The translations under genes were made by a program, and so were the position numbers. From Eubacteriales bacterium (lineage in GTDB: Bacteria; Bacillota; Clostridia; Oscillospirales; CAG-382): a stretch of DNA of 64,000 bases. The notes below the pieces were generated by a model. The model was not told the DNA's origin. It made no database searches and saw nothing but the letters and a program-made list of their open reading frames with translations. The stretch is from NCBI GenBank assembly GCA_045612545.1, contig JAZKZH010000007.1, forward strand, positions 57,378 to 121,377, read 5' to 3'. Each line of letters opens with the position of its first letter. Position 1 is the stretch's first letter. Positions 46,402 through 55,595 of this stretch are shown here, piece by piece.

Positions 46402-48036
46402 TTATATCATCTGCTCTGCAACAAGACCCTCTGCGCCGTACTTTTTGCGCAACGCGGGCTTTTCGATCTTGCCGGTGGCGTTGCGAGGAACGGAAGCAAA
46501 AATGATCTTGCGGGGACGCTTGTAACGGGGCATACCCTTGCAGAATTCTTCGATCTCCGCCTCGGTGCATTCCACACCCGGCAAAAGCTCCACGATGGCC
46601 GCGGCGATCTCGCCCAAACGGGGATCGGGAAGGCCTATCACCGCCACGTCCTTGATCTTGGGGAAGGCGGCCAAGTAATCTTCGATCTGCACCGGGTACA
46701 GGTTTTCACCGCCGGTGATGATCACGTCCTTCTTACGGTCTACCAGATAGATAAAACCGTCCTCGTCCTGCATGGCCATATCTCCGGTGAACAGCCAGCC
46801 ATCCTTGATGGTGTCTGCGGTAGCCTTTTCGTCACGGTAGTAGCAGACCATCACGCCGGGGCCCTTGAGACACAGCTCGCCAACGTCGCCCTGCTGCACT
46901 TCCTTGCCGTCGGGAGTGGCGATCTTCACCTCCCAGCCGTAGCCGGGCACGCCGATAGCGCCCACCTTGTGGATGTTCTCCACGCCCAAGTGAACTGCGC
47001 CGGGGCCAATGGATTCGGAAAGGCCGTAGTTGGTATCGTAATCGTGATCCGGGAAGTATTCCTTCCACCGACGGATCAGGCTTTGGGGAACGGGCTGCGC
47101 ACCGATGTGCATAACCCGCCACTGGGAAAGATCAAAACCCTCTTTTTTCAATTCGCCGCTGTCCAAGGCCGCCAGAATGTCCTGCGCCCACGGCACCAAC
47201 AACCAGACGATGGTGCATTTCTCGCCGCTGACCGCATCCAACACGAACTTGGGCTTGGTGCCCTTCAGGATCACCGCCTTGGAGCCGGAAAGGAAGGAGC
47301 CAAACCAATGCATTTTTGCGCCGGTGTGGTACAAGGGCGGAATGCAAAGGAACACGTCGTCCTTAGTCTGGCTATGGTGCTTCTGCTCCACAATGCAGGC
47401 GTGCATAAGACTGCGGTGCTTGTGAAGAATGGCCTTGGGGAAGCCGGTGGTTCCCGAAGAGAAGTAAATAGCGGCATCGTCCTCCTCCGTCAGCCCGATA
47501 TCGCAGAAGCTGCTGGCACAGTTTTGCGCCAAGTCGTTGTAATCGTCCGCAAAGGTGGGACAGTTTGCGCCGCAGTAGATCAGCAATCTCCCCACGGAGA
47601 CCTCCTCTGCAATCTCCTCCATACGGCCGATGAATTCGGGGCCGAACACCAATGCATCCACTTCCGCCAGATCCAAGCAATACTTGATCTCGTCGGAGGA
47701 GTAACGGAAGTTCAAGGGCACTGCCAAAGCACCCGTCTTAAGAATGCCGAAGTAGATGGGAAGCCACTCCAAGCAGTTCATCATCAAAATGGCCACCTTG
47801 TCCCCCTTCTGGATCCCGCGGGACACCAAAGCGTTGGCAAAGCGGTTGGCTTTTTCCTCAAAAACGCCCCAGGTGATCTCCCTGCGGTAACAGCGGGGCT
47901 TGTGGGTAGGCTCTACCAAATCGTACTCACGCCATGTGAGTCTGCGATTTTCCTGCTGCTCGGGGTTTAACTCCACCAAAGCAACGTCCCCCGTATATAA
48001 TTTTGCGTTTTTCGCAAGCACGTCAACGATTGTCAT
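46402..48036 (-). CDS. AMP-dependent acyl-CoA synthetase/ligase
   Basis: YFSSGTTGFPKA is the AMP-binding motif I; YGLSES and TGDMAMQDEDGFIYLVDRKKD are also present. The start at MTIVDVL follows the promoter at 48082-48110. Confidence 0.88.
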   Translation of the reverse strand: MTIVDVLAKNAKLYTGDVALVELNPEQQENRRLTWREYDLVEPTHKPRCYRREITWGVFEEKANRFANALVSRGIQKGDKVAILMMNCLEWLPIYFGILKTGALAVPLNFRYSSDEIKYCLDLAEVDALVFGPEFIGRMEEIAEEVSVGRLLIYCGANCPTFADDYNDLAQNCASSFCDIGLTEEDDAAIYFSSGTTGFPKAILHKHRSLMHACIVEQKHHSQTKDDVFLCIPPLYHTGAKMHWFGSFLSGSKAVILKGTKPKFVLDAVSGEKCTIVWLLVPWAQDILAALDSGELKKEGFDLSQWRVMHIGAQPVPQSLIRRWKEYFPDHDYDTNYGLSESIGPGAVHLGVENIHKVGAIGVPGYGWEVKIATPDGKEVQQGDVGELCLKGPGVMVCYYRDEKATADTIKDGWLFTGDMAMQDEDGFIYLVDRKKDVIITGGENLYPVQIEDYLAAFPKIKDVAVIGLPDPRLGEIAAAIVELLPGVECTEAEIEEFCKGMPRYKRPRKIIFASVPRNATGKIEKPALRKKYGAEGLVAEQMI

Positions 48037-48081
48037 GAAAACCTCAAAATCAGTAAAAAGTTTTTGCTCGATAATGCAAAG

Positions 48082-48110
48082 ATTATACCACAAACCCCGG
48101 CTCTTGTCAA
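48082..48110 (-). promoter_or_regulatory. sigma-A promoter of the acyl-CoA synthetase-iorAB-paaK-ACT operon
   Basis: On the minus strand, TTGACA (48110-48105) is followed by a 17-nt spacer ending TGg and TATAAT (48087-48082). Confidence 0.6.
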
Positions 48111-48128
48111 TAGGTTTTTGCAATTCTC

Positions 48129-48158
48129 TTGACATCCAAGCGCAAAATGTGGTATACT
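48129..48158 (+). promoter_or_regulatory. sigma-A promoter of the ABC exporter gene
   Basis: TTGACA at 48129-48134, an 18-nt spacer ending TGg, and TATACT at 48153-48158. It is back-to-back with the minus-strand promoter. Confidence 0.55.
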
Positions 48159-48201
48159 TCTGGGGTAGAAATCCTTTGCAAGGAAGAAGGTGTTCCCTCA
48201 C

Positions 48202-50511
48202 ATGGAACAACAGAAGAAAAAAGAAGCGGCCAAGCCCACGTTTATGGGGAAGATCCCCCAAGCGGTATGGGCGTATTTTGCCGTTCACGGCGTAAAGCGA
48301 GAGGAAGTCCTGTTGGCCATGAGCAGTGATCTTTCCGCCGAGGGAACGTATTTGGACGCCTATATCCTACTGACGAAGGATACTCTTTTCGTGGCGGAGG
48401 GCGGTTTGACCTTCTCCAGAGACACAAATTCCCGCCGCCGCGTGGAGCTTTACGATGCTCCCGCCCCCAAAAGCTACGCCCTTTCCCGCATAACGGAGCC
48501 GAAGGCGGAGATCATGCTTTCCACCGGGCGGGCAGTTTGCAAATTAGAGGGTGAGGATTACCCGTTATTCGGCTTTTCCTCCACCTACAAGCACGATGCC
48601 ACGGTGCTATGCCGTGCCATTGAGGAAATGCAGGAGCAGGGCTTTATCTCCAATCGTCTTTTGCAGGAGGAAGGCGAGGATTGCAAAATCTGCTCCAAAT
48701 GCGGCAGACGGTTCCCCGACAAGGGCAGACGGTATTGTCCCGCCTGCTTGGAGACCGCAGGACTTGCCTTGCGGTTGGGGAAGATGTTCTTAAAATACAA
48801 GTGGTTTATGCTGATGATCTTTGCCACTCTGGGGTTGAGCGCAGCCCTGGGGCTGATCATGCCCTATATCAGCAACAGCGTTCTGTATGCCGACGTGCTG
48901 ACGAAAGGGGGCAAGCTGTTCGGCAAGATCGGCGCATTGGTGCTGGTGCTGGCGGCGGTGCGATTGCTTTCCTTGGTGGTGAATCTGATCACCGGCGTGG
49001 TCAATGCCAAGGTGGCAGCGGAGGTTACCTGCGATTTGAAGAAGGATATTTTCTCCTCCTTGGGCAGGCTTTCCCTCTCCTTCTTCACCAACCGACAGAC
49101 CGGCTCCTTGATGACCCAGATCAACTCCGACTCCACCACCATTTATTGGTTCTTCTGCGATGGATTCCCCGCTCTTTGTTCCCAAGTGATCCAGCTTTCC
49201 GTTCTGCTGGTGGTAATGTTCACCCTGAACGTGGAGCTGACGTTGTATACCTTCATCACCATTCCCCTGTTTTTTGTCAGCTTCCGGGTCATCGGACGGT
49301 TGTTTGAAAAGCTGTACGCAAGGTCATGGTCTCGCCGTGCTTCCTATAACTCCTTGATCTCCGACGTGATCAACGGCATCCGCGTGGTAAAGGCCTTCTC
49401 CCGCGAGGAGGCGGAAAAGCAACGCTTTGCCGCGCGAAGCCAAGGGGCGGCGGATGCGGACAGAGAGCTGGAATACACCTCCTCCCGCATTTATCCCTTC
49501 CTGCAGTTCGCCCTGAAGATCGGCGCCTACGTGGTGTGGATCATCGGCGGTATGCGAGTCATGGGCGGCGAAATGGAATTTGCCACCTTGATGACCTTTG
49601 CGGCGTATTTCTCCTTGGTGTACGCCCCCATTGAAATGCTTTCCGACATCACCAACTGGTGGAGCGACTGTCTCAACGCCTTGAAGCGTTTGTTCGATAT
49701 CAAGGACGCCAAGGTAGAGGTTGTGGAAGCGAAAAATCCCAAAACTCCCGAGATCAAGGGAGATCTCGCCTTTGAAAACGTTTCCTTCTCTTACGTGGAA
49801 AACCGCAAGGTGATCAAAAACGTGTCCTTCCACGTTCCCGCAGGGAAAACTCTGGGCATCGTAGGCCAGACCGGCGCGGGAAAATCCACCCTTGCCAACC
49901 TGATCACCCGTCTTTACGACCCCGACGAGGGCAAAGTCACCATCGACGGCATTGACGTAAAGGAGCTTTCCTTTGCTTGTCTGCGGGAAAGCATTGCCAT
50001 CGTTTCCCAGGAGACCTATCTGTTTAACGGCACTATTCTGGAAAACATCCGCTACGCCAAGCCGGACGCCACCTACGGGGAGGTTCTGGCGGCGGCCAAG
50101 GCGGCTCACGCCCACGATTTTATCATCAAATTCCCCGATGGGTACAACACCCGTATCGGGCTGGGAGGGAGACAGCTTTCCGGCGGTGAACGCCAGCGTG
50201 TCTCCATCGCCAGAGCACTACTGAAGGATCCCAAGATCTTAATTTTGGACGAGGCCACCTCCGCCATGGATACCCAAACGGAGAGGGACATTCAAAACGC
50301 TCTCACCGTGCTTTCCCGTTCCCGCACCACGGTGATGATCGCCCACCGCCTTTCCACATTGCGAGATGCGGACTTCCTCATTGCCATCGAGGACGGCAAG
50401 CTGATGGAATCCGGCACCGCCGCAGAGCTGATGGAAAAGAAGGGTGTGTATTACAAGCTCTATACTCTCCAGGCGGAAGCGTTGAAAAACGTGGGCATTC
50501 CGCAGGAATGA
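48202..50511 (+). CDS. ABC exporter (fused permease and ATPase) with about 185-aa N-terminal cytoplasmic extension
   Basis: Walker A GQTGAGKST, signature LSGGERQR and Walker B ILILDEATS, plus 6 TM helices. The N-terminal extension ends in a CKICSKCG...CPAC zinc ribbon. I prefer the ATG at 48202 over the GTG at 48190. Confidence 0.88.
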   Translation: MEQQKKKEAAKPTFMGKIPQAVWAYFAVHGVKREEVLLAMSSDLSAEGTYLDAYILLTKDTLFVAEGGLTFSRDTNSRRRVELYDAPAPKSYALSRITEPKAEIMLSTGRAVCKLEGEDYPLFGFSSTYKHDATVLCRAIEEMQEQGFISNRLLQEEGEDCKICSKCGRRFPDKGRRYCPACLETAGLALRLGKMFLKYKWFMLMIFATLGLSAALGLIMPYISNSVLYADVLTKGGKLFGKIGALVLVLAAVRLLSLVVNLITGVVNAKVAAEVTCDLKKDIFSSLGRLSLSFFTNRQTGSLMTQINSDSTTIYWFFCDGFPALCSQVIQLSVLLVVMFTLNVELTLYTFITIPLFFVSFRVIGRLFEKLYARSWSRRASYNSLISDVINGIRVVKAFSREEAEKQRFAARSQGAADADRELEYTSSRIYPFLQFALKIGAYVVWIIGGMRVMGGEMEFATLMTFAAYFSLVYAPIEMLSDITNWWSDCLNALKRLFDIKDAKVEVVEAKNPKTPEIKGDLAFENVSFSYVENRKVIKNVSFHVPAGKTLGIVGQTGAGKSTLANLITRLYDPDEGKVTIDGIDVKELSFACLRESIAIVSQETYLFNGTILENIRYAKPDATYGEVLAAAKAAHAHDFIIKFPDGYNTRIGLGGRQLSGGERQRVSIARALLKDPKILILDEATSAMDTQTERDIQNALTVLSRSRTTVMIAHRLSTLRDADFLIAIEDGKLMESGTAAELMEKKGVYYKLYTLQAEALKNVGIPQE

Positions 50512-50526
50512 GATATTTTCCGCAAA

Positions 50527-50562
50527 ACAAAGAGCCGATGGTTTTCGGCTCTTTGTTCTTTG
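50527..50562 (+). terminator. intrinsic terminator
   Basis: Stem ACAAAGAGCCG / CGGCTCTTTGT with an 8-nt loop, followed by TCTTT. Confidence 0.7.
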
Positions 50563-50723
50563 CAATCGGAAACATCCACCGAAAAGCGTAAAACTCCACC
50601 CACGGTGGTGCCGCCTGCAAAAACGCGGTTATTGACCCGCGCCGGAAATCGTGATACAATCATACTCGTGACAGGGCCCGTCGCATGAAGTAGATCACGA
50701 CCGTTTACAGAAAGGAGTACGTT

Positions 50724-51839
50724 ATGGATTTATTGATTGGAGAAAAGATCAAAAAATACCGCAAAGAAAAAGAAATGACCCAAGAATCCTTGGCGCAAGC
50801 CATAGGCGTTTCCCCGCAGTCCGTTTCCAAATGGGAATGCGGAGACGGCTACCCGGACATTACCCTTCTCCCCACGATTGCCAATTTCTTCGAAATAACC
50901 GTTGATGAGCTCATCGGCAACGACGAGATCAGCGCCAAGGACGACGTGGAAAAGAACTATTTCGGCGTCATACGGAGTCTTCCTCCTGCCGAGCAATTGG
51001 AATTGGCAATGAAATACCACAAAAAATATCCCCGCCATTGGCACATCGCAACCTCTCTTATGCATTGCATCGTCCGCAACTGCCGGGACAACATCGGCGA
51101 ATACAAAAAGCTTCTCAATGATGTATGCGAGAGACTTTTGAAGGACTGCGCGGACAGCGCCATGCGCAGAAGCGCTGTAAAAGCCATGTGCATGGTCTGT
51201 GACGAAGAAGAGATCGAGGAATGGCTGAATCGGGATACATCCTATTGGTACGAAACCAGGCATGAAATTTATGAGAAACGATACAAGCTGTCCGGGGAAG
51301 AAGAAAAATACTGGATGATGCGATATGCGGGAAACGTCGTTAGGACCTCCGCCATGCTCGGAAGATTGAGCGAGCATAAAAGCTATATCGGAAAACCGGA
51401 AGATTCCGTGGCCTGGAACACTATGTATCTCAGCATCCTTGACGGCATCACGCAAAACACGGTCCCCGACGGCTGGATCTCCGAATATACCCTGCACTAC
51501 ACCCGCTTGTCGGCGGCGTATTTCGGTTTGGGCGACAAGGAGAACGGCTATGCCTATTTGGAAAAAGCCCTGGCGCTGCACAAAAAGTGGCAGGAGCTCC
51601 CGGAAAAAGCCCTGCTTGACTTAGGAAATCCCCTGTTCTTTGGCGAAACGAAGCGCGTTAAAGGCCATTTGCATATCCAACTGCCCAACGGCAAGTTGCT
51701 TTATCTGCTGGGAGGAGTATACGGAGTAAGCCTTATAAGCATACTGGAAGCGGAAAGCGGCTGGGAATGGTTCGACGGTTTCCGAAACGAACCCCGTTGG
51801 AAGGAGATCCTTTCCGCCGCAAAGGATCCCACCGTTTGA
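50724..51839 (+). CDS. XRE-family HTH transcriptional regulator with helical-repeat C-terminal domain
   Basis: The N-terminal IKKYRKEKEMTQESLAQAIGVSPQSVSKWE is a Cro/C1 HTH. RBS AAAGGAG. Promoter TTGACC-17-TACAAT is at about 50633-50661. Confidence 0.82.
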   Translation: MDLLIGEKIKKYRKEKEMTQESLAQAIGVSPQSVSKWECGDGYPDITLLPTIANFFEITVDELIGNDEISAKDDVEKNYFGVIRSLPPAEQLELAMKYHKKYPRHWHIATSLMHCIVRNCRDNIGEYKKLLNDVCERLLKDCADSAMRRSAVKAMCMVCDEEEIEEWLNRDTSYWYETRHEIYEKRYKLSGEEEKYWMMRYAGNVVRTSAMLGRLSEHKSYIGKPEDSVAWNTMYLSILDGITQNTVPDGWISEYTLHYTRLSAAYFGLGDKENGYAYLEKALALHKKWQELPEKALLDLGNPLFFGETKRVKGHLHIQLPNGKLLYLLGGVYGVSLISILEAESGWEWFDGFRNEPRWKEILSAAKDPTV

Positions 51840-51879
51840 TAAGAAAACCGAAGCCTGCTTTAGCGGGCTGAGGGGTATA

Positions 51880-52270
51880 GCACAAGTCTGATGTATCTTT
51901 CCGTAACGAAAGAACTGTTTTGTTAGTAACGGAATGGAAATGCTGTATCGAAAGGGATGGCTATACCCTTTTGACATCGTCGGGGTCGGAGTACCATTCC
52001 TCTAAATAAGTACTGTTCTCCCTGCCTGCCAACCCGCAGGGTTGGTATGCTCAGAGGTGACAACCCAATCCATGCTGTCACCCTGAGCGGAAAAGGCGTG
52101 GTATGCAAAAGCGTCTTGCTCTGCAAAACGAAAAGCCTTTGGAGTCGAAGTTTTGCGGAAGTAGTCGTCGCAACGCGACGAAGGATGGAGCAAAACCAAG
52201 GGATGCCTGCATCCCGCAGGGGTATAAGACGAGTCTGATGTATCTTTCCGTAACGAAAGAACTGTTTTTG
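51880..52270. repeat. pair of ~43-51 nt direct repeats bracketing a 0.3 kb non-coding segment (dispersed repeat family shared with 17.5-17.9 kb)
   Basis: 51880-51922 AGGGGTATAGCACAAGTCTGATGTATCTTTCCGTAACGAAAGAACTGTTTTG matches 52219-52270 AGGGGTATAAGACGAGTCTGATGTATCTTTCCGTAACGAAAGAACTGTTTTTG. The unit GTCACCCTGAG...GTCGAAGTTTTGC at 52077-52156 matches 17518-17560. Confidence 0.8.
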
Positions 52271-52387
52271 AAGCGACCCGGAACCGAAGGCAACGGTTTT
52301 TGGCGCGGCAAGGATGGTTTCGCCGTTGCAAGGCCTTCTCTCAAAACCAAAAGCCGCCACGGTTGTGACGGCTTTTCTTCATGCTAT

Positions 52388-53419
52388 TTACAGCGCGAAA
52401 AAGGTCTTTCCGGAGGGAAGGGTAACGGTTTTGCTGCCCTGCAAGTCGGAAATCACGAAGCCTTCCTCCGCTTCGGGGCGGAGTGTGGGCAGGGGCTTAC
52501 GGCACAGCACCTCCAAAATATCGCAGGCAACAGCGGATGCGGTAGGCAAAGAGCCTGCGCCTTGACCGTAGAATACCGTCTCGCCCACAGCCTGACCGGT
52601 AACGGAAACGGCGTTGAACACGGCACTGACAGCAGAAAGAAGACTTTGAGCAGGCACCAAGTGGGGCGCTACCAAAATACGCACCTTGCCGTCGATCAGC
52701 TCTGCAGAGCCCAACAGCTTGATGGTGTAGCCCAGTTCACGAGCTTCCTGGATATCCCTGTCGGTAACGGAGGTAATGCCCTCCAGGTGGGGAATTGCGG
52801 TGTAAGGAATGTACTTGCCGAAGGCGAGACCTGCCAGAATACAGATCTTACGGGCGGTGTCGTAGCCCTCCACGTCTGCGGTGGGATCCTGCTCTGCATA
52901 TCCCAGCGCCTGGGCTTCCTTCAAGGCCGCCTCCATGGTGCATCCCGTCTCTCCCATGCGGGTGAGGATGTAGTTGGTGGTCCCGTTGAGGATGCCGCTG
53001 ATCTTGACGATCTTATCCGCGTTAAAGCAATCTCGCAAAGGACGGATGATGGGAATACCGCCGCCCACGCTGGCCTCGTAGAGATAAGAAACGCCCTGCG
53101 CGTAAGCGATCTCCTCCAGCTCCTTGCCGTGAGCGTCCACCACCGCCTTATTGGAGGTGACCACGCTCTTGCCCGCAAGCAAGGCCGCCTTGCTGAACTT
53201 ATAGGCGATGTCGACGCCACCCATGGTCTCCACAACCACCTCTACGGCGGGATCTGCAAGGATCATATCCAGATCGGTGGTAACACGATCCTCCAGCGGA
53301 TGACCGGGGAATTTGCGCAGGTCAAGGATGTATTTGATATCTACCTCGGAATTGTGGCGAAGCACCTCGTAAACGCCGCCGCCAACCACGCCGAAGCCAA
53401 GAATTGCAATAGATCTCAT
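52388..53419 (-). CDS. hom: homoserine dehydrogenase
   Basis: NAD-binding motif ILGFGVVGGGV, plus SNKAVVA, EASVGGGIPII and GILNGTTNYILT blocks. The ATG at 53419 follows promoter TTGACA-17-TATAAT on the minus strand. Confidence 0.9.
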   Translation of the reverse strand: MRSIAILGFGVVGGGVYEVLRHNSEVDIKYILDLRKFPGHPLEDRVTTDLDMILADPAVEVVVETMGGVDIAYKFSKAALLAGKSVVTSNKAVVDAHGKELEEIAYAQGVSYLYEASVGGGIPIIRPLRDCFNADKIVKISGILNGTTNYILTRMGETGCTMEAALKEAQALGYAEQDPTADVEGYDTARKICILAGLAFGKYIPYTAIPHLEGITSVTDRDIQEARELGYTIKLLGSAELIDGKVRILVAPHLVPAQSLLSAVSAVFNAVSVTGQAVGETVFYGQGAGSLPTASAVACDILEVLCRKPLPTLRPEAEEGFVISDLQGSKTVTLPSGKTFFAL

Positions 53420-53545
53420 AAACAAAAACGCCTTTCTGTCTCAAAGGTATTGTCTTATTATATGCGGTTTTTTTCTTTTTGTCAAGGGGAAATATTTACG
53501 CAAAGCTTTTTCCGTCCATACTCTGTTTAAAAAAGGAGCGAGGAT

Positions 53546-54949
53546 ATGAAATTAACCTACCAAGAAACCGTTGACAAGCTGAAAAACCAGTTCAAGGATT
53601 GCGCCGATTTCCAGCTTGGCGAGATCACGGCGGGAGAAAACCGCTTTGTGTTGGCCTATTTTCGGGGGCTTTGCGACCGCACGGCGGTTTCGGATTCCCT
53701 CTTGCGCCCCATGCTGGAGTGCTTGCGGCAGAACGACTTCCAAGGGAATTTCGGCGAGGTGATCCGAAACGGAAGCATGACGACCCCCAAGGATTACGGA
53801 GAGATCTCCGCAGGAATTTTGCGAGGAGACGCTTTTTTGGGGGTAGAGAATAAAAACGGCGTGTTTTTCTGCATGGCGCCGGTGTACGCCGGGGTGTCCC
53901 GCGCCGTGGATCAGCCCGACACGGACGTGACCATGCGGGGCCCTCGGTTGGGCTTTGTGGAGGACACGGACAAAAGCATGGTGCTGCTGCGGCAGTATCT
54001 CCGCACCGGCGACTTGAAATTTACCTCCCTGTATCTGGGATCGGTCACCCACACCCGCATCACCATCGCCTATCTGGAAAGCCGCGCCGATATGGGTTTC
54101 GTGGAGGAGCTGAAAAACCGCATTTCCGCCCTGGAGGCCTCCACGGTGATGGATTCGGGGTATTTGGAATTGCTTTTGCAGGGAAAAAAGAACACCATTT
54201 TCCCCTTGATGGGAAGCACGGAAAAGGTGGACAAGGCCGCCGCCAAGCTGTTGGCGGGGAGGGTGGCTTTGTTGGTAGACGGCTCCCCCTTCGTATTGAC
54301 GGCACCTTACGTATTTACGGAGAGCCTGCAATCCCCGGAGGATTATCTCCGCACCCCCTATTACGCCACCGCCATTCGCTGTTTGCGGTTGCTTGCCTTG
54401 GTGGCTTCCGTCTTGTTACCCGCCTTGTTCGTGGCGGTAGGAGAATTTCACCCGGAGCTTTTGCCGAAAGCCCTGGCAGAAACCCTGGCTTCCTCCCGAG
54501 AGGGGTTGCCCTTTTCCCTGTTTTGGGAATGCTTTCTGTCTCTCGTGGTTTTTGAGCTGGTGCGAGAGGTGGGAGTGCGAATGCCCCGCACCGTGGGAGA
54601 CGCGGTGGGCTTGGTGGCCTCCATCATTTTGGGGGATGCGGCGGTGCAAGCGGGGCTTGCCTCCACGCTGGTGATCATGGCAGTAGCCCTCTCTGCGGTG
54701 TGCGCCTTTATCGTGCCCGCCATGATGTACGCCACGGTGCTTTTGCGGTTTTCCTTTTTGTTTTTGGGCGGATTCTTCGGATTGCCGGGGATGTGCGTGG
54801 GGCTTGGCGTTTTGCTATTCTCCCTTTCTTGCTTGGAAAGCTTCGGTGTGCCGTATCTGTCGCCCTTATCCCCTTTCAAGCCCAAGGGGCTGGAGGATAT
54901 GCTACTGACGATTCCAAAGAAAACGCTGGGAAGAAGGGAGGATCTGTAA
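53546..54949 (+). CDS. GerA-family spore germination protein (A-subunit / SpoVAF-like)
   Basis: 467 aa, with a soluble N-terminal domain and a C-terminal 5-TM region laid out as in GerAA/SpoVAF. RBS AAAAAGGAG. Confidence 0.75.
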   Translation: MKLTYQETVDKLKNQFKDCADFQLGEITAGENRFVLAYFRGLCDRTAVSDSLLRPMLECLRQNDFQGNFGEVIRNGSMTTPKDYGEISAGILRGDAFLGVENKNGVFFCMAPVYAGVSRAVDQPDTDVTMRGPRLGFVEDTDKSMVLLRQYLRTGDLKFTSLYLGSVTHTRITIAYLESRADMGFVEELKNRISALEASTVMDSGYLELLLQGKKNTIFPLMGSTEKVDKAAAKLLAGRVALLVDGSPFVLTAPYVFTESLQSPEDYLRTPYYATAIRCLRLLALVASVLLPALFVAVGEFHPELLPKALAETLASSREGLPFSLFWECFLSLVVFELVREVGVRMPRTVGDAVGLVASIILGDAAVQAGLASTLVIMAVALSAVCAFIVPAMMYATVLLRFSFLFLGGFFGLPGMCVGLGVLLFSLSCLESFGVPYLSPLSPFKPKGLEDMLLTIPKKTLGRREDL

Positions 54950-54950
54950 A

Positions 54951-55595
54951 ATGGCTTTTTTTGCCCCCTTTGCGGTAACCTTTGCCACCCTGCTTGTCAC
55001 GGAAGATCTCCTCTCCCGCCTTGTGGGAGGGATGATCTGCCTTCTGTTTTGCTTTCTCGGAAGATTCCGCGGCGGCAGACCCTCCCCGTGGCTTGCTCCG
55101 CTGTTTTTGATTTCCTGCTTGTTTCGGCTGTATCCGCTGTGGAGCTTTTACGGAGAGACTTTGGGGGAAATGCGGGGCGGAATTTTGTTTTTCCTTACCT
55201 TGGCGGCGGTATTTTTCATGGTAGCAAGGCAGAAGGATCCCGTTTTGGCATTATCCCGCAGCAGCGTTCCCTTTGCGCTTACAGCCATAGGATTCGGACT
55301 TTGGGCAGCGGCAAAAGGGATCCCGTGGGGAATCGTTGCTCCCCCATATACCTCCCTGCTCATGATCTTGCTTTGCGCATTGTCGGGAATGCTGATCCTC
55401 CCCACAGAGGGAAGCCTTCTGCTGACCTACGCCGGAGTGGGGGCGGGGATCCTCCTTGGATCGTTTCCCTACGGGTGGGAGCAGGGGCTGTTTTTGGGGT
55501 TTCTTTCCCCTATGGTGGCGGCGACGGAGCTGGGCATTGTTTGCGGAAAAAAAGCATATACTTTACAAAAAAGAAAAAAGCCCCGAAAGGAATGA
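54951..55595 (+). CDS. hypothetical polytopic membrane protein
   Basis: Starts 1 nt after the germination-protein stop codon. It has about 6 hydrophobic segments and a Lys-rich tail. Confidence 0.6.
   Translation: MAFFAPFAVTFATLLVTEDLLSRLVGGMICLLFCFLGRFRGGRPSPWLAPLFLISCLFRLYPLWSFYGETLGEMRGGILFFLTLAAVFFMVARQKDPVLALSRSSVPFALTAIGFGLWAAAKGIPWGIVAPPYTSLLMILLCALSGMLILPTEGSLLLTYAGVGAGILLGSFPYGWEQGLFLGFLSPMVAATELGIVCGKKAYTLQKRKKPRKE

Noticed and set aside
42733-46525. Plus-strand ORFs 42733-44166 (477 aa) and 45035-46525 (496 aa)
   Set aside because: They are antisense to paaK, iorB and iorA. All three of those genes have diagnostic motifs on the minus strand.
46385-46570. Upstream extensions of iorA (to 46570) and of the acyl-CoA synthetase (48037-48288) in the ORF track
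   Set aside because: The extensions overlap neighbouring genes or promoters. They lack RBSs and add Arg-rich non-conserved sequence. Internal Mets have strong RBSs and conserved N-termini.
52103-53530. 475-aa plus-strand ORF spanning the repeat island and hom
   Set aside because: Its 3' two-thirds is antisense to homoserine dehydrogenase. Its 5' third runs through dispersed repeats. There is no RBS.
53420-53545. Possible riboswitch or T-box leader upstream of hom
   Set aside because: A consensus promoter on the minus strand leaves only a ~40-nt leader, too short for such elements. The rest of the spacer belongs to the divergent germination operon.
55049-55591. N-terminal 181 codons of ORF 55049-55978
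   Set aside because: This part overlaps the 54951-55595 membrane-protein gene out of frame and is Arg/Gly-rich. An internal ATG at 55592 with an ATGA overlap is the plausible start.
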